A DNA stretch of 64,000 nucleotides from Spirochaetota bacterium (GTDB lineage Bacteria > Spirochaetota > UBA4802 > UBA5550). The notes beneath the pieces were generated by a model. The model did no database searches and had not been told where the DNA came from. It saw only the letters and a list, made by a program, of their open reading frames with translations. The stretch lies in NCBI GenBank assembly GCA_963664815.2, contig CAXXHB010000003.1:3520001-3584000 (forward strand), read 5' to 3'. The position numbers were made by a program, and so were the translations under genes. Positions 1 through 10,139 of this stretch are shown one piece after another (the first letter of the stretch is position 1; every line of letters begins with the position of its first letter).

Positions 1-102
1 CAAAAGCAGATAAAGAAAAGGATCAGAGATAAATAAGTAAATCTATCTTCTATCTGGAAGAACAGCAGGTTATTAAAATTATTTAATTTAAAAGAAAGAT
101 AT

Positions 103-207
103 TCATTTTAAATAAATTATTACAATCGTCATAAGTATAACAACAATTATTGTTGCGACAACAAGTCTTTTATCTAAAATACTTTCTTCACTTTTTTTAT
201 CTTCCAT
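103..207 (-). CDS. small single-pass membrane protein (34 aa, MEDKKSEESILDKRLVVATIIVVILMTIVIIYLK), below ORF-track cutoff
   Basis: Hand translation; AAGGA RBS-like element upstream; charged N-terminus followed by ~19 hydrophobic residues; co-oriented with upstream genes. Confidence 0.55.
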   Translation of the reverse strand: MEDKKSEESILDKRLVVATIIVVILMTIVIIYLK

Positions 208-230
208 TTTTTCTTTCCTTAAAATATTTT

Positions 231-485
231 TTAATTAAGCGAAATTATTCTAATTTTTATCAGTTGAAGACCTTTACCGTTTTTTCTTGTAAAAGTTAAA
301 TTTACCATTGAGTTAATTTTATTTTTAAACTCATTACAGATCTCCGGTGTTGTATGAAATCTGACAAATCTGGAATTGCTCTTAATTACAACAAGTCGTT
401 TTACTTTATCAGTTTTAATGAGTATACCGGATATACTCTCTATCTTTGTTATTTCATCCGGGTGAGAATAACTATATACCGGCAT
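231..485 (-). CDS. hypothetical exported protein (frame open to a possible ATA start at 536)
   Basis: ORF track; the upstream in-frame extension reads like a signal peptide. Confidence 0.55.
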   Translation of the reverse strand: MPVYSYSHPDEITKIESISGILIKTDKVKRLVVIKSNSRFVRFHTTPEICNEFKNKINSMVNLTFTRKNGKGLQLIKIRIISLN

Positions 486-551
486 AAAAATCAGTAAAGC
501 AACTATAACCGGAGGTATTTTGATATATTTCCTTATAGTTTATCCCTCACT

Positions 552-941
552 TCACATTTTTTTTACAACTTCAATTGCAGCTGATGCTTTTAGATTATTA
601 TATTCAGCTTCAATAGTTATCTTTCCCGGAACCCGGGCTGTAAATACCACTTCATTACCTGTTTTATCATTCAGAGTTCCGGTATCAACTGCTCCTCCGG
701 TGAGTTTCCAGTCAGTCGATAAAACAACTCTTTTTCCGGAAGCTTTAATCCCTTCAACTGCAAATTTAACGGTATAACCTGCGGTTATTTTTACATTATA
801 TGGTTTTATCTTTAGCTTAACAACAGAAATCGGTATGGGTTTAACAGCATTATCCTCCTTTATCTGGTTATCCTTTCCTGGTATGCAGCCTGCTGCGGAA
901 AGAATAGCCGCAAAGATTAAAATTAAGAATTTTTTTTGCAT
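552..941 (-). CDS. lipoprotein, Ig-like beta-rich domain
   Basis: Lipobox-like LSAAG-C after a hydrophobic stretch; beta-strand pattern (GKITIEAEY). Confidence 0.65.
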   Translation of the reverse strand: MQKKFLILIFAAILSAAGCIPGKDNQIKEDNAVKPIPISVVKLKIKPYNVKITAGYTVKFAVEGIKASGKRVVLSTDWKLTGGAVDTGTLNDKTGNEVVFTARVPGKITIEAEYNNLKASAAIEVVKKM

Positions 942-1144
942 TTCTTTATCCTTTATTAGCCAGATTTAAATAAATTTTAACGATAACATAATAAAGATTG
1001 AATTTTTCAGAGTAAATTCAGTAATTTATAAATCAGGTAATTAATCAATAAAAATGTTAATATATAATTAAAAAATAAGCTAAAATATTCACTGCAAATA
1101 AAATCTGAACTTGATTTTTTATACAAGCAATTAATAGGTGTTAC

Positions 1145-1702
1145 ATGAATATCGGTACATATCTAAAACAGTTACGCCTTGAAAAAGGATATACCCTTAA
1201 TGATGTTGCGGTTAAGCTCAATTTATCCGCGAGCTTCCTGTCACAGCTTGAGAATATGAAGCTCTCCCCATCACTTGATTCACTTGAAAAACTGCTCAGC
1301 TTTTATGCAATAAACCTTTCCGATTTTTTCAAACAGGTTGAACAACGACGATATATTATAGTAAAAAAAGGGGATGAGACGGCATTAGATGTATCATCCG
1401 GTGTTGTGAAGCTTACACCTCTTGCATCTAAACTTCAGAATAATTCACTTGAAACAATTATTGTAGAGTTTATCCGCAGCGCTGTAATTGAAACGGCGGT
1501 ACTCCCGACAAATATTAATGGAGAGAGAATGATATATGTTATGAAGGGAAAAATTTCAATAATTATCGATAATGAGAATAAACAGAAGCTTTTTACGGGG
1601 GATTCCATTAATTATAAATCATATATTCCATGCACAATCAGCACAGAAGATGATGATGCAGCTGAAATACTGATCTCAGGGATTCCGCCGCTCATACTTT
1701 AA
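1145..1702 (+). CDS. XRE-family HTH transcriptional regulator with C-terminal cupin
   Basis: LKQLR..G.TL..VA....S.SFLSQLE..K.SPS HTH; cupin motif E.IYV..G...L..GDSI. Confidence 0.9.
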   Translation: MNIGTYLKQLRLEKGYTLNDVAVKLNLSASFLSQLENMKLSPSLDSLEKLLSFYAINLSDFFKQVEQRRYIIVKKGDETALDVSSGVVKLTPLASKLQNNSLETIIVEFIRSAVIETAVLPTNINGERMIYVMKGKISIIIDNENKQKLFTGDSINYKSYIPCTISTEDDDAAEILISGIPPLIL

Positions 1703-2100
1703 ATTTTATGTCTGTTGACAACCTCCAGAATTTCATCAAACATTTTTTCAGGTGAATTATATCTGATCTTTCCGTCATATTTTAACCCTATCTTCCCCTT
1801 TACTGCATATATGATACCTTCTGTTATCAGATTTAATCCTCTTCTGACATCGCGCATATCATCAGGAATCTCCGAAAACAGATCCTGTTTTGACAGATTT
1901 TTATAGATCTCATCGGTCAGCAGCTTTTCATTTTTAACTCTCAAATCAGAATCACTTAACTTCATAAACTCATTAATTCTCTGTTTGTAGCTGAAATCCC
2001 TTACCGGTTCTCTGTTGTTCATTTTTCTTTTATTTATAAATTTCAGAATAAACTGCATCGCAATTAATGCTATTACCACCGGTATTATTTTTTCAAACAT
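1699..2100 (-). CDS. hypothetical membrane-anchored protein
   Basis: Start re-set to ATG 2100 (GGAG RBS); N-terminal TM segment. Confidence 0.65.
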   Translation of the reverse strand: MFEKIIPVVIALIAMQFILKFINKRKMNNREPVRDFSYKQRINEFMKLSDSDLRVKNEKLLTDEIYKNLSKQDLFSEIPDDMRDVRRGLNLITEGIIYAVKGKIGLKYDGKIRYNSPEKMFDEILEVVNRHKI

Positions 2101-2131
2101 ATAACTCTCCAACATGTAAAGGTAAATCTCA

Positions 2132-2155
2132 TTTTCATGATTATAATCATGAAAA
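2132..2155. promoter_or_regulatory. perfect 24-bp palindrome TTTTCATGATTA/TAATCATGAAAA, probable operator
   Basis: Seen directly, ~30 bp upstream of the ATG at 2100 in a divergent intergenic region. Confidence 0.55.
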
Positions 2156-2449
2156 AAAGCAAGAAGAATGTAATAATGATTGTCAAGTATCTTCAAATTC
2201 AGAACGTATATAATCAAAATTCTATGCTATATGATTTTTAAAAAAAGTTTGCAAAGAAGATACCAGATATGTTAAAATACATGTTAATTCGTTAACATAT
2301 ATTTTAGCATTGCGTAAACGATTAGATCTGATTTCCTCTTTTGGATACGGGAGGAATAGAACACTTTACATTATAAAAAAGGTTTCAGGAATTATTATTG
2401 AATTATATAGTGTATTAATATACTCTTACTAAATTAAGGAGGAAACCCG

Positions 2450-2785
2450 ATGAAAGAGAAAAGAATCGGACCCGATACTGTTATGAATATAATAAGTGGT
2501 ATTTCAGTTATATCCTGGATAATTCTCGGGATAATATTTATAGTACTCGCAATCGGTAATCCGACGTCTGCCGGTCTGTCCGCAAGCCGCCCGGGATTAA
2601 GGGGTGCAGGCCAATGGACAACAACTGTAATTTATGCTCTTCTTGTGTTTCTCATCGTATTAAGCATCTCAGGTATTCTTTTTAATATGCTGCGTCTTAA
2701 AAGAAAAAGTGATAAAATGAGATTAACGCCGATATTTTCAGGAATTTTATCTATCATTGGTCTGATAATTATCAGCCTTAAGTAA
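2450..2785 (+). CDS. hypothetical 3-TM membrane protein
   Basis: AAGGAGG RBS; three hydrophobic segments. Confidence 0.75.
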   Translation: MKEKRIGPDTVMNIISGISVISWIILGIIFIVLAIGNPTSAGLSASRPGLRGAGQWTTTVIYALLVFLIVLSISGILFNMLRLKRKSDKMRLTPIFSGILSIIGLIIISLK

Positions 2786-2797
2786 AATTCAGTTTTG

Positions 2798-2834
2798 AGT
2801 ATATCTGTTAATATATATTCTTAACAGATATACT
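2798..2834. terminator. 14-bp-stem hairpin between convergent genes (bidirectional terminator candidate)
   Basis: AGTATATCTGTTAA-N9-TTAACAGATATACT. Confidence 0.55.
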
Positions 2835-2835
2835 G

Positions 2836-3855
2836 TTATAAACTCCCTGAAATATATCTTGATAATATCGTCATCCCCGGATCGGACATATCGATGAATT
2901 TCAGCGTCACAAAATAAATATTACCCGTTCCGGCATATTTTTCCGACATCACTCTGGAGTTCACATTATAACTGAATTTGCTGATTTCAAAACTGATCGG
3001 GTATACCTTGTCATACTCCAGTGATGATGATATACGAATAATGCACTCATGTTCATTTACTTTTATAATTGTACAATTAATCAGTTCAGGCTCTGAAGCT
3101 TCAGTAACCGGCAAAATTGTTACAACTGCAGGGATGTTTAAATCAACAAATGGATGCCGGAATTCTCTCCCCCTGGAAAAATCTTCTGAAATACGAATCC
3201 TCAGTTTATTCTCATCGATCCCCATTGATGATGTTTTTACCAGATACTCCGCATCTCTGACTCTCAGAATATGAAGAGCGAGCGGCGATTCCTTCTTGAA
3301 ATTACCCAGATTTTTATCAGACGTGAAGAGTTTTACTATAACAAAGTCACGCCCCTTACCGGAAACCTTCCCCAGATAAAATTCTCCATCCGCCGTACTG
3401 AAAAAGAGAATTTCCCCCTCCCCGATTTCGGACATCGATGTAAGCGGTTTTCGTCCCGACTCAGGGATATAGAGTCTCTCGTATATAATTGTCAGGTCAC
3501 GAAATATCTCACCGATATTATCCTCTCCTTCAGTCTCCTTTTTCAGATATTCAATAAAATCTGTGAGGGTTGCTTCAAACAGTGCCGGATTTGAAACAAG
3601 TTCTTTTGAATTTGAAAGTTTAAGATAAATGGACATATTTTTCAGTATTTTAAACTGGAAGCTGTTAAGTCCCTTCATCTTCGCCTGGAAAAGAAAATGC
3701 TGATAATTATGAATCCGTGACTGTTCTTTATGCTCAAAATATTTATACAGAAAATAAATTATAATAACCAGAAATATAATTATCAGAACAGCTGCAATTC
3801 CGAAAGTCCCCGGAACAGGCCATTTTATGCCAAGAACAGGATTATATGTATCCAT
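2836..3855 (-). CDS. membrane-anchored protein with probable degenerate C-terminal PilZ-like domain
   Basis: N-terminal TM; C-terminal beta-barrel-like pattern (REFRHPF...TLKFIDMS); divergent from motAB. Confidence 0.5.
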   Translation of the reverse strand: MDTYNPVLGIKWPVPGTFGIAAVLIIIFLVIIIYFLYKYFEHKEQSRIHNYQHFLFQAKMKGLNSFQFKILKNMSIYLKLSNSKELVSNPALFEATLTDFIEYLKKETEGEDNIGEIFRDLTIIYERLYIPESGRKPLTSMSEIGEGEILFFSTADGEFYLGKVSGKGRDFVIVKLFTSDKNLGNFKKESPLALHILRVRDAEYLVKTSSMGIDENKLRIRISEDFSRGREFRHPFVDLNIPAVVTILPVTEASEPELINCTIIKVNEHECIIRISSSLEYDKVYPISFEISKFSYNVNSRVMSEKYAGTGNIYFVTLKFIDMSDPGMTILSRYISGSL

Positions 3856-4067
3856 TACAACTCCTTGTATAATTTTACCAGCAATAGTAAATCATATATT
3901 TTTTAATGTTTTTTTACTCCTGCTTAATTTTATGCTGGATTAATTTCATTCATAATTAATATAATCAATTTCTGAATAATTCTCTACTGATATTTTACAG
4001 ATAAATTTTTTTTATCAATGTATAACTAACAAAATAATAAAATTAATCATTTTTCAGGGTTTTAAAG

Positions 4068-4841
4068 ATGAATATCGGATTTTTAATAGGTCTAGTACTT
4101 GGATTAATTCTGCTTGTATATGGTATACTTGTTGCAGGGGGCAGTCTCCTTATGTTCTGGGATTTGCCATCATGCATTATTACATTTGGTGGATCGTGGT
4201 GTGCAATGATGGTTTCTTATCCTTTTGCCACTTTGACACAAATGCCAAAACTCTTTCGAATAGCCCTCTTTCCTCCAAAATTAAAATTTACCGAACTGAT
4301 CCTTCTTTTGATTTCCTTTTCAGAAAAATCGAGAAGAGAGGGGCTGCTTTCTCTCGAAGACGAGATAGAAAGTGTTGAAGACCAATTCCTTAAAAAAGCA
4401 CTGCGGTGCGTTGTTGATGGCATGGACCCGGAAGTAATACGTACAATTCTTGAAATAGATATTGATTCAATGGCAGCACGTCATGATGCAAATAAAAAGA
4501 TATTTGATGACTGGGCAGGTCTTGCTCCATCCTTTGGTATGATCGGAACGCTGATGGGGCTTGTAATGATGCTTGTAAACCTCAATGACAAGGCGATGGT
4601 TGGCCCATATCTTGCAGTTGCTATCATTACAACGTTTTATGGCGCTGTTTTTGCTTATCTTGTTCTTACACCTATCTCAACAAACCTTGACACACTTACC
4701 GGTGTTGAAATTCTATATGATTCCATAGCAATAATGGGGGTAATGGGAATACAGAGCGGTGATAATCCCACGGTTCTCAAGCAGAAGCTTATATCCTTCC
4801 TCCCTCCTGCAGAAAGAGCTGAGTATGAAAAGGAACTGTAG
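4068..4841 (+). CDS. motA: flagellar stator protein MotA/PomA
   Basis: RREGLLSLE, APSFGMIGTLMGLV, AIITTFYG motifs. Confidence 0.95.
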   Translation: MNIGFLIGLVLGLILLVYGILVAGGSLLMFWDLPSCIITFGGSWCAMMVSYPFATLTQMPKLFRIALFPPKLKFTELILLLISFSEKSRREGLLSLEDEIESVEDQFLKKALRCVVDGMDPEVIRTILEIDIDSMAARHDANKKIFDDWAGLAPSFGMIGTLMGLVMMLVNLNDKAMVGPYLAVAIITTFYGAVFAYLVLTPISTNLDTLTGVEILYDSIAIMGVMGIQSGDNPTVLKQKLISFLPPAERAEYEKEL

Positions 4842-4844
4842 AAA

Positions 4845-5621
4845 ATGGCAAAGAAAAGAAAAAAGAATGAGGTAAAAGGTCCGCCGGCCTGGATGGTTAC
4901 AATGGGGGATATGAATAATCTCCTTATGTGCTTTTTCATCGTTATGATGGGTGATGTTACAGTGAACGCTGCTGATGATTTTAAAATGATAATAAACTCT
5001 TTCAGAGGGAATCTCGGTTTTATGGAGGGGGGAAGGTCATTATCCAAGGGATCACTTGCCGAAATGGGACAGACCATTATGAGCCTTCCATCCAATGAAA
5101 AGGGGAAATCACTGGGAAAGCAGCTGCGGAGAGTAATGGAGATGTTTAAACCTGAAATACAGTCAAAAGCTGTCCGTGTTACTGAGGATGAAAGAGGTTT
5201 GGTTATTACACTTGCGTCAGATTTCTTCTTTGATCAGGGCTCTGCAAAATTGAAACCGGAGATGAGACCGGTTCTTGAGAAGGTATCAAATATTATCCTC
5301 AATGTACCTAATTTCACAAGGATTGAAGGGCATACAGACAACAGCACGGTAAGAATAAAAGCAGGATATAAATCAAACTGGGAACTTTCATCGTCAAGAA
5401 GCCTTGCAGTACTTGAACATCTTGCCGATAAAGAATCGGTTAATCCCAGACAGCTTTCATCAGTTGCATTTGGCGAATATCGTCCAATCGATGACAACAA
5501 CACTCCGGAGGGAAGAGCCTACAACCGCAGGGTTGATATTGTCATACTTAAGGAGAAATTTATAGAAGAATCCAAAGATCCGAGAATAAAGAGACCTCTC
5601 CCTGATGAAGAGTGGAGATAA
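4845..5621 (+). CDS. motB: flagellar stator protein MotB
   Basis: WMVTMGDM..LL..FF TM with conserved Asp; OmpA domain IEGHTD, NWELSS.R, NRRVDI. Confidence 0.95.
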   Translation: MAKKRKKNEVKGPPAWMVTMGDMNNLLMCFFIVMMGDVTVNAADDFKMIINSFRGNLGFMEGGRSLSKGSLAEMGQTIMSLPSNEKGKSLGKQLRRVMEMFKPEIQSKAVRVTEDERGLVITLASDFFFDQGSAKLKPEMRPVLEKVSNIILNVPNFTRIEGHTDNSTVRIKAGYKSNWELSSSRSLAVLEHLADKESVNPRQLSSVAFGEYRPIDDNNTPEGRAYNRRVDIVILKEKFIEESKDPRIKRPLPDEEWR

Positions 5622-5639
5622 ACATTGTGAAACAATACC

Positions 5640-6377
5640 TTATTGCATTGATAATTCAGTCATTATCCTTGTAATATTATTTTTGCACTCTTTTTTATAA
5701 TCGTTACTTATTCCTGAAGAGGGCAGTTTATCAAGATCAGATGAAAGTTCCTGATAAATCATAAGAGCTTTCTGTTTATTCCCCAGTTCATAGTTGAATC
5801 TTCCATTTGCAAATCTGGCGGGATAATAAGCTCTGTTGTTTGCCAGTATCTGATTTATGAGGGTTAATGCTTCATCCTTGCCTTTTTCCCTGTGGTAAAA
5901 AAGAAGTATTGAAAGGGCATATTTTGCATCAAGAAGGCCTGGATCTGTTTCAACAGCCTTGCGATAATTATATTCAGCTTTATTTATATCATCTGTGGAA
6001 TTTTTCTCAATTCCCCTGTTCGCATATGCAAGGCCAAGAGAATAAAATGCGTTTGCTTTTTTATTACCATATTTTATCGAACTGTCAAAGGAGTCTATGG
6101 TCATGTCCCATAGACGTCTTTCCAGATAAAATGATCCGATAAGATTATACTGTTCAGCAAGACGGCCGATGGTAGTCGGATCTTTTAATTTTTCATTCTC
6201 CAGTTTTGTAATTTTATCTTTTACATCCTGGAAGTAACGATCATTTATACTTTTGTAATCTCTATGCAAATTGCATTGAATTACATCATATTTTGAATTA
6301 ACAGCAAACAGAAATATTACTATAAGTAAAGTCATAGTGAGATATACTTTTTTCTTTAAACCCGGTATCTGATGCAT
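5640..6377 (-). CDS. TPR-repeat protein
   Basis: TPR patterns (AFYSLGLAY, AEYNYRKAVE.DP, ARFANGRFNYELG). Confidence 0.8.
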   Translation of the reverse strand: MHQIPGLKKKVYLTMTLLIVIFLFAVNSKYDVIQCNLHRDYKSINDRYFQDVKDKITKLENEKLKDPTTIGRLAEQYNLIGSFYLERRLWDMTIDSFDSSIKYGNKKANAFYSLGLAYANRGIEKNSTDDINKAEYNYRKAVETDPGLLDAKYALSILLFYHREKGKDEALTLINQILANNRAYYPARFANGRFNYELGNKQKALMIYQELSSDLDKLPSSGISNDYKKECKNNITRIMTELSMQ

Positions 6378-6569
6378 GCATGACCGCCTGTATTCGGAAA
6401 ATTATTTTATACTGAGAATAGCATTAATGGTAATATATGAACAGGTCAAGTTTTTTTGTCATCAGCTCTGCCTCAACAGTCTTAATTGTAAAAAATATTT
6501 TCTGGTACCGGAATATAACCGTCAGACAAAATAAATTATGTTCTATAAATAAAACACAGGAGTAAACAA

Positions 6570-8099
6570 TTGAGTAAACAATTAATAAAAAGAATTTTAA
6601 TCTCCCTGATCGCACTTTCAACAGTGTTGTTTTTATCTTCACAGATGTTTCCTGCCGGTGCCGAAACTTTGCAGCCTTTATCCAAAACAGGCGATATTAC
6701 TCATAATCCCGGTCAGACAAAATCTGAATCAACGGCAGAACATAATACTGCACACAGCGCACCTCATATTAATGCCAGAAACTTAAGTCTTTTATGGAGT
6801 ATCCCATTCATCGGAATACTCCTTTCAATAGCGCTGATGCCGCTTTTTACTCCGGGTTTCTGGCACCACCATTATGGCAAAGTATCGGCATTCTGGTGGC
6901 TGGTTTTCTTTACGGCATTCTCAGCCAGATTCGGCATAGGTACCGGATCTTTCTATCTGCTGGAAGTTTACCTTCTGGAGTTTATCCCGTTTATAACCCT
7001 TCTGCTTGCACTCTTTACTGTTGCAGGGGGTATTCAGCTGAAAGGGGATCTCGCGGGTACACCGGCAGTTAACACTTTAATGATATTTATTGGCGGAATC
7101 CTCGCAAGTGTTATGGGGACTACCGGCGCGGCAATGGTTATGATAAGGCCTGTTCTCAAAGCAAACATGTGGAGAAAAAACCGGGTGCACATAGTTGTTT
7201 TTGTTATCTTTATTGTCGCAAATGTCGGAGGCGGTCTCACTCCGCTTGGCGACCCTCCCCTGTTTCTCGGATTCCTCAAAGGTGTTGACTTCTTCTGGAC
7301 CGTGAGACATATGCTTCCGCTGGTAAGCTTTACTGTTGCAATACTGCTTGTGATATTCTTTATAATGGATACTTATTACTACAATAAGGAAAAAAACAAG
7401 CCTTTAAAAAATGCCGGCACAGAGAAGTTAAAACTTGCGGGTATTCCGAATATGGTTTTAATTCCATTTATAATAGGCGCCGTTATAATATCCAGTATTG
7501 ACATGGGAACCGCATTTACTATTCACTTTGTTCCAGTGCCTCTATCCTCAATAATCCAGGTTATGCTTCTTCTTGTCATCACTATAATTTCTCTTAAGGT
7601 TTCAGATCCTGAAACAAGAAAGGGAAACGACTTCAGCTGGGAACCTATAAGGGAAGTTGCAAAACTTTTCGCTACAATCTTCATGACAATGGTAACACCG
7701 ATAGCGATGCTCAAAGCAGGCGCTGACGGGCCGATGGGCATGGTGGTAAAAGGTGTCGTTGACAGCAACGGCAATTTTATCAAGTCACACTTCTTCTGGG
7801 CAGCCGGCACTCTTTCGAGCTTTCTTGATAATGCCCCGACTTATCTTGTTTTTTTTAATACTGCCGGGGGGAATCCTGCAGATTTAATGGGAATTCATGC
7901 AGGTACGCTTCTTGCGATAAGTGCCGGTGCTGTTTTCATGGGAGCGAATACATATATAGGTAACGCACCTAATTTTATGACAAAATCAATCGCAGAAGAA
8001 TCGGGTGTTTCCATGCCGAGCTTTTTCGGGTACATGTTTAAATATTCTATACCGATTCTCATTCCGGTATTTATACTTGTTACATATATATTTTTTTAA
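6570..8099 (+). CDS. ion transporter-superfamily protein (Na+/H+ antiporter or citrate-transport-like)
   Basis: GTTGAAM, ANVGGGLTPLGDPPLFLGFL, SSFLDNAPTY, YIGNAPNFM; TTG start with AGGAG. Confidence 0.85.
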   Translation: MSKQLIKRILISLIALSTVLFLSSQMFPAGAETLQPLSKTGDITHNPGQTKSESTAEHNTAHSAPHINARNLSLLWSIPFIGILLSIALMPLFTPGFWHHHYGKVSAFWWLVFFTAFSARFGIGTGSFYLLEVYLLEFIPFITLLLALFTVAGGIQLKGDLAGTPAVNTLMIFIGGILASVMGTTGAAMVMIRPVLKANMWRKNRVHIVVFVIFIVANVGGGLTPLGDPPLFLGFLKGVDFFWTVRHMLPLVSFTVAILLVIFFIMDTYYYNKEKNKPLKNAGTEKLKLAGIPNMVLIPFIIGAVIISSIDMGTAFTIHFVPVPLSSIIQVMLLLVITIISLKVSDPETRKGNDFSWEPIREVAKLFATIFMTMVTPIAMLKAGADGPMGMVVKGVVDSNGNFIKSHFFWAAGTLSSFLDNAPTYLVFFNTAGGNPADLMGIHAGTLLAISAGAVFMGANTYIGNAPNFMTKSIAEESGVSMPSFFGYMFKYSIPILIPVFILVTYIFF

Positions 8100-8224
8100 A
8101 TAATATTCAATCAGAAGAAAATGCCCGTTATCAGATTTTTACCGGGCATAATTCTGCAACTGTTCTTGACAAAACAGTCTTAATATATTTAAACTGAATT
8201 TGATAACTAATCAGGAGAAACATA

Positions 8225-8635
8225 ATGCTGCAATTTACTAATATCCTATATCCACTGGATCTTGACTCTAAAAATTTTAAAAATGTGTCATCAGCACTTG
8301 AATTTGCCGCAACGTATAAAGCAGTTGTACATTTTTTATTTGTAAATGATGAATCTGCCGGCTACCGGCATCCTGCAGATTTTCAGGATTCGGTTGCATT
8401 AAAAATCAGGCAGGAAATTCCATCCGAATTATTAGATAAATCCAGTATTATCTATGCAGTATCAAAAGGGGATCTCGACGAAGAAGTCACAGAATATTGC
8501 AAAAAAAATACTATTGATCTTATAATAACCAGTCATAAACATCACAGCAAAATTTATGCGTCTATGTTTGATACCCCTGATGAAAACATAATCGATTCAG
8601 TTAATATTCCGGTTCTGGTTTTGCCAAAAAATTGA
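8225..8635 (+). CDS. universal stress protein (UspA family)
   Basis: ILYPLD N-terminus, DLII, IPVLVLP C-terminus. Confidence 0.85.
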   Translation: MLQFTNILYPLDLDSKNFKNVSSALEFAATYKAVVHFLFVNDESAGYRHPADFQDSVALKIRQEIPSELLDKSSIIYAVSKGDLDEEVTEYCKKNTIDLIITSHKHHSKIYASMFDTPDENIIDSVNIPVLVLPKN

Positions 8636-8738
8636 TTCGGCAGTACCTGCTATATGATTAAAGCACTGCTCCTGTTACCGGAAGCAGGTTTATTTAAAAT
8701 TTCAATTTAAATGCTTTTATATTTATGTATTACAGAAG

Positions 8739-9017
8739 CTACTGCTGTTCAATTTTTTTTAGACGTGCTGTCTCCGGATCAGTCCAGGATATTGCTCTAT
8801 TCGGGCATTTTTCAATGCAGTCACCGCATGAATCGCATAAACTGTAATTAAACGTTACATACTCCGGATGACAGGGTACAACATAGGAAATACAGTACTT
8901 TATACATTTCGCGCAGCAACTGTTGGAAATAACAGAAATCGCACTCTTAGGACAAATATTAACACAGGTATTGCATTTATTACATTTTAACTGGTCTGCT
9001 ATTGGTACATGCTTCAT
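8739..9017 (-). CDS. 4Fe-4S ferredoxin-like protein with extra Cys insert
   Basis: Two CxxCxxCxxxCP motifs plus CCAKCIKYC..PC insert. Confidence 0.85.
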   Translation of the reverse strand: MKHVPIADQLKCNKCNTCVNICPKSAISVISNSCCAKCIKYCISYVVPCHPEYVTFNYSLCDSCGDCIEKCPNRAISWTDPETARLKKIEQQ

Positions 9018-9046
9018 TATATCGCTCCCGTAAAAACATCAAAATT

Positions 9047-9805
9047 TTAATAAACGCCAATATTCGTGGTTATTGTTGCAAAACGCATATATTTCTTCAG
9101 TAACATGGTGCCGCCCCCCTCGGAAATAACTGACTTAACCCGGCCTGAGTCAAGCACATAGGAACCGCTTAACTGAGTTATACGGGTACCGGAAAAGGCT
9201 TCGAAGCACATGGGGGTTGACGGGCCAAGCATCACCGCAGCACGGTTCCGCTTTAATGACTGCAGCAGACGGTCGCATGTTCCGTTTATAATACTTGTTG
9301 AGGTAATAATAGCAATATCACACTCTTCAAGAGATTTCATGCCGATCTCCGGCGCTATTACTCCCGGCCTGTCAGAATTAAGCTCAATTATTTCAAAACG
9401 GCATTCTGTTGCTTTAACCGCAGGTACAAGAGGTGCAAAATGACCGACCATAACAACATGATCTTCTTTTTGAATGTTCAGCAGTGTAACAGCATCACCT
9501 TCAGTGAAAAAACGTTCATTACGCGAATTAAGGGCATTGAAGAGTGCAAGACCAGCCGCTCTCTCAAGAACATTTTCACTTGCAAGCCATGTCAGAACAT
9601 CACAGGCAGGCATGCCGGCAATTGAACCGGCATTTTTTATGTGTGTACAGGAACGGGCACCATCTTCAGCGGGTGTCCATGCAATACCAATTCGTCCGTC
9701 AGTAATTTCCACACAGCTGAAACCAAGACCAAATCTCAGTTCTTTAATCTTCTGACCGTCAGCCCAACCGGCAGCACAATCAATAAGTTTTTTCTGAATA
9801 TCCAT
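9047..9805 (-). CDS. DUF364/DUF4213 Rossmann-like putative metal-binding protein
   Basis: GLA.FNAL, V.MVGHF.P, IITSTSIINGT...LL, LGPSTP. Confidence 0.85.
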   Translation of the reverse strand: MDIQKKLIDCAAGWADGQKIKELRFGLGFSCVEITDGRIGIAWTPAEDGARSCTHIKNAGSIAGMPACDVLTWLASENVLERAAGLALFNALNSRNERFFTEGDAVTLLNIQKEDHVVMVGHFAPLVPAVKATECRFEIIELNSDRPGVIAPEIGMKSLEECDIAIITSTSIINGTCDRLLQSLKRNRAAVMLGPSTPMCFEAFSGTRITQLSGSYVLDSGRVKSVISEGGGTMLLKKYMRFATITTNIGVY

Positions 9806-9896
9806 AAAATTCCTTCCTGTTTATTAAAAAATTTTATTTTTTTCAACATTTATAGATAAAAAATTTAAACGACTGCCGTTTTAATTGTCCATGACA

Positions 9897-10139
9897 TTAA
9901 TCCCGGATCATTTTAAATTTTCCCATGTCAACATATACCCGTAAACCTTCGCCGCTTTCCTTATTATAAAATGTTATTGTGTATCTTCCAAAATCCAGAA
10001 TTTTCATCCATCCATTTCCGACTGTGCAGGATGTAAGAAGCTGCATGGCATCAGGCAGACACGCATTGGTTTTTCAGACTGCATCAAATAATTCACATTC
10101 GGGAAGATGCTTTGGTACAAGGTCAACAATATATCCATT
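9897..10139 (-). pseudogene. remnant of FmdE-family (formylmethanofuran dehydrogenase subunit E-like) gene
   Basis: Hand translation GYIVDL..KHLPE.ELFDAV*KTNACLPDAMQLLTSCTVGNGWMKILDFGRY; no start codon, internal TGA at 10074-10076. Confidence 0.7.
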
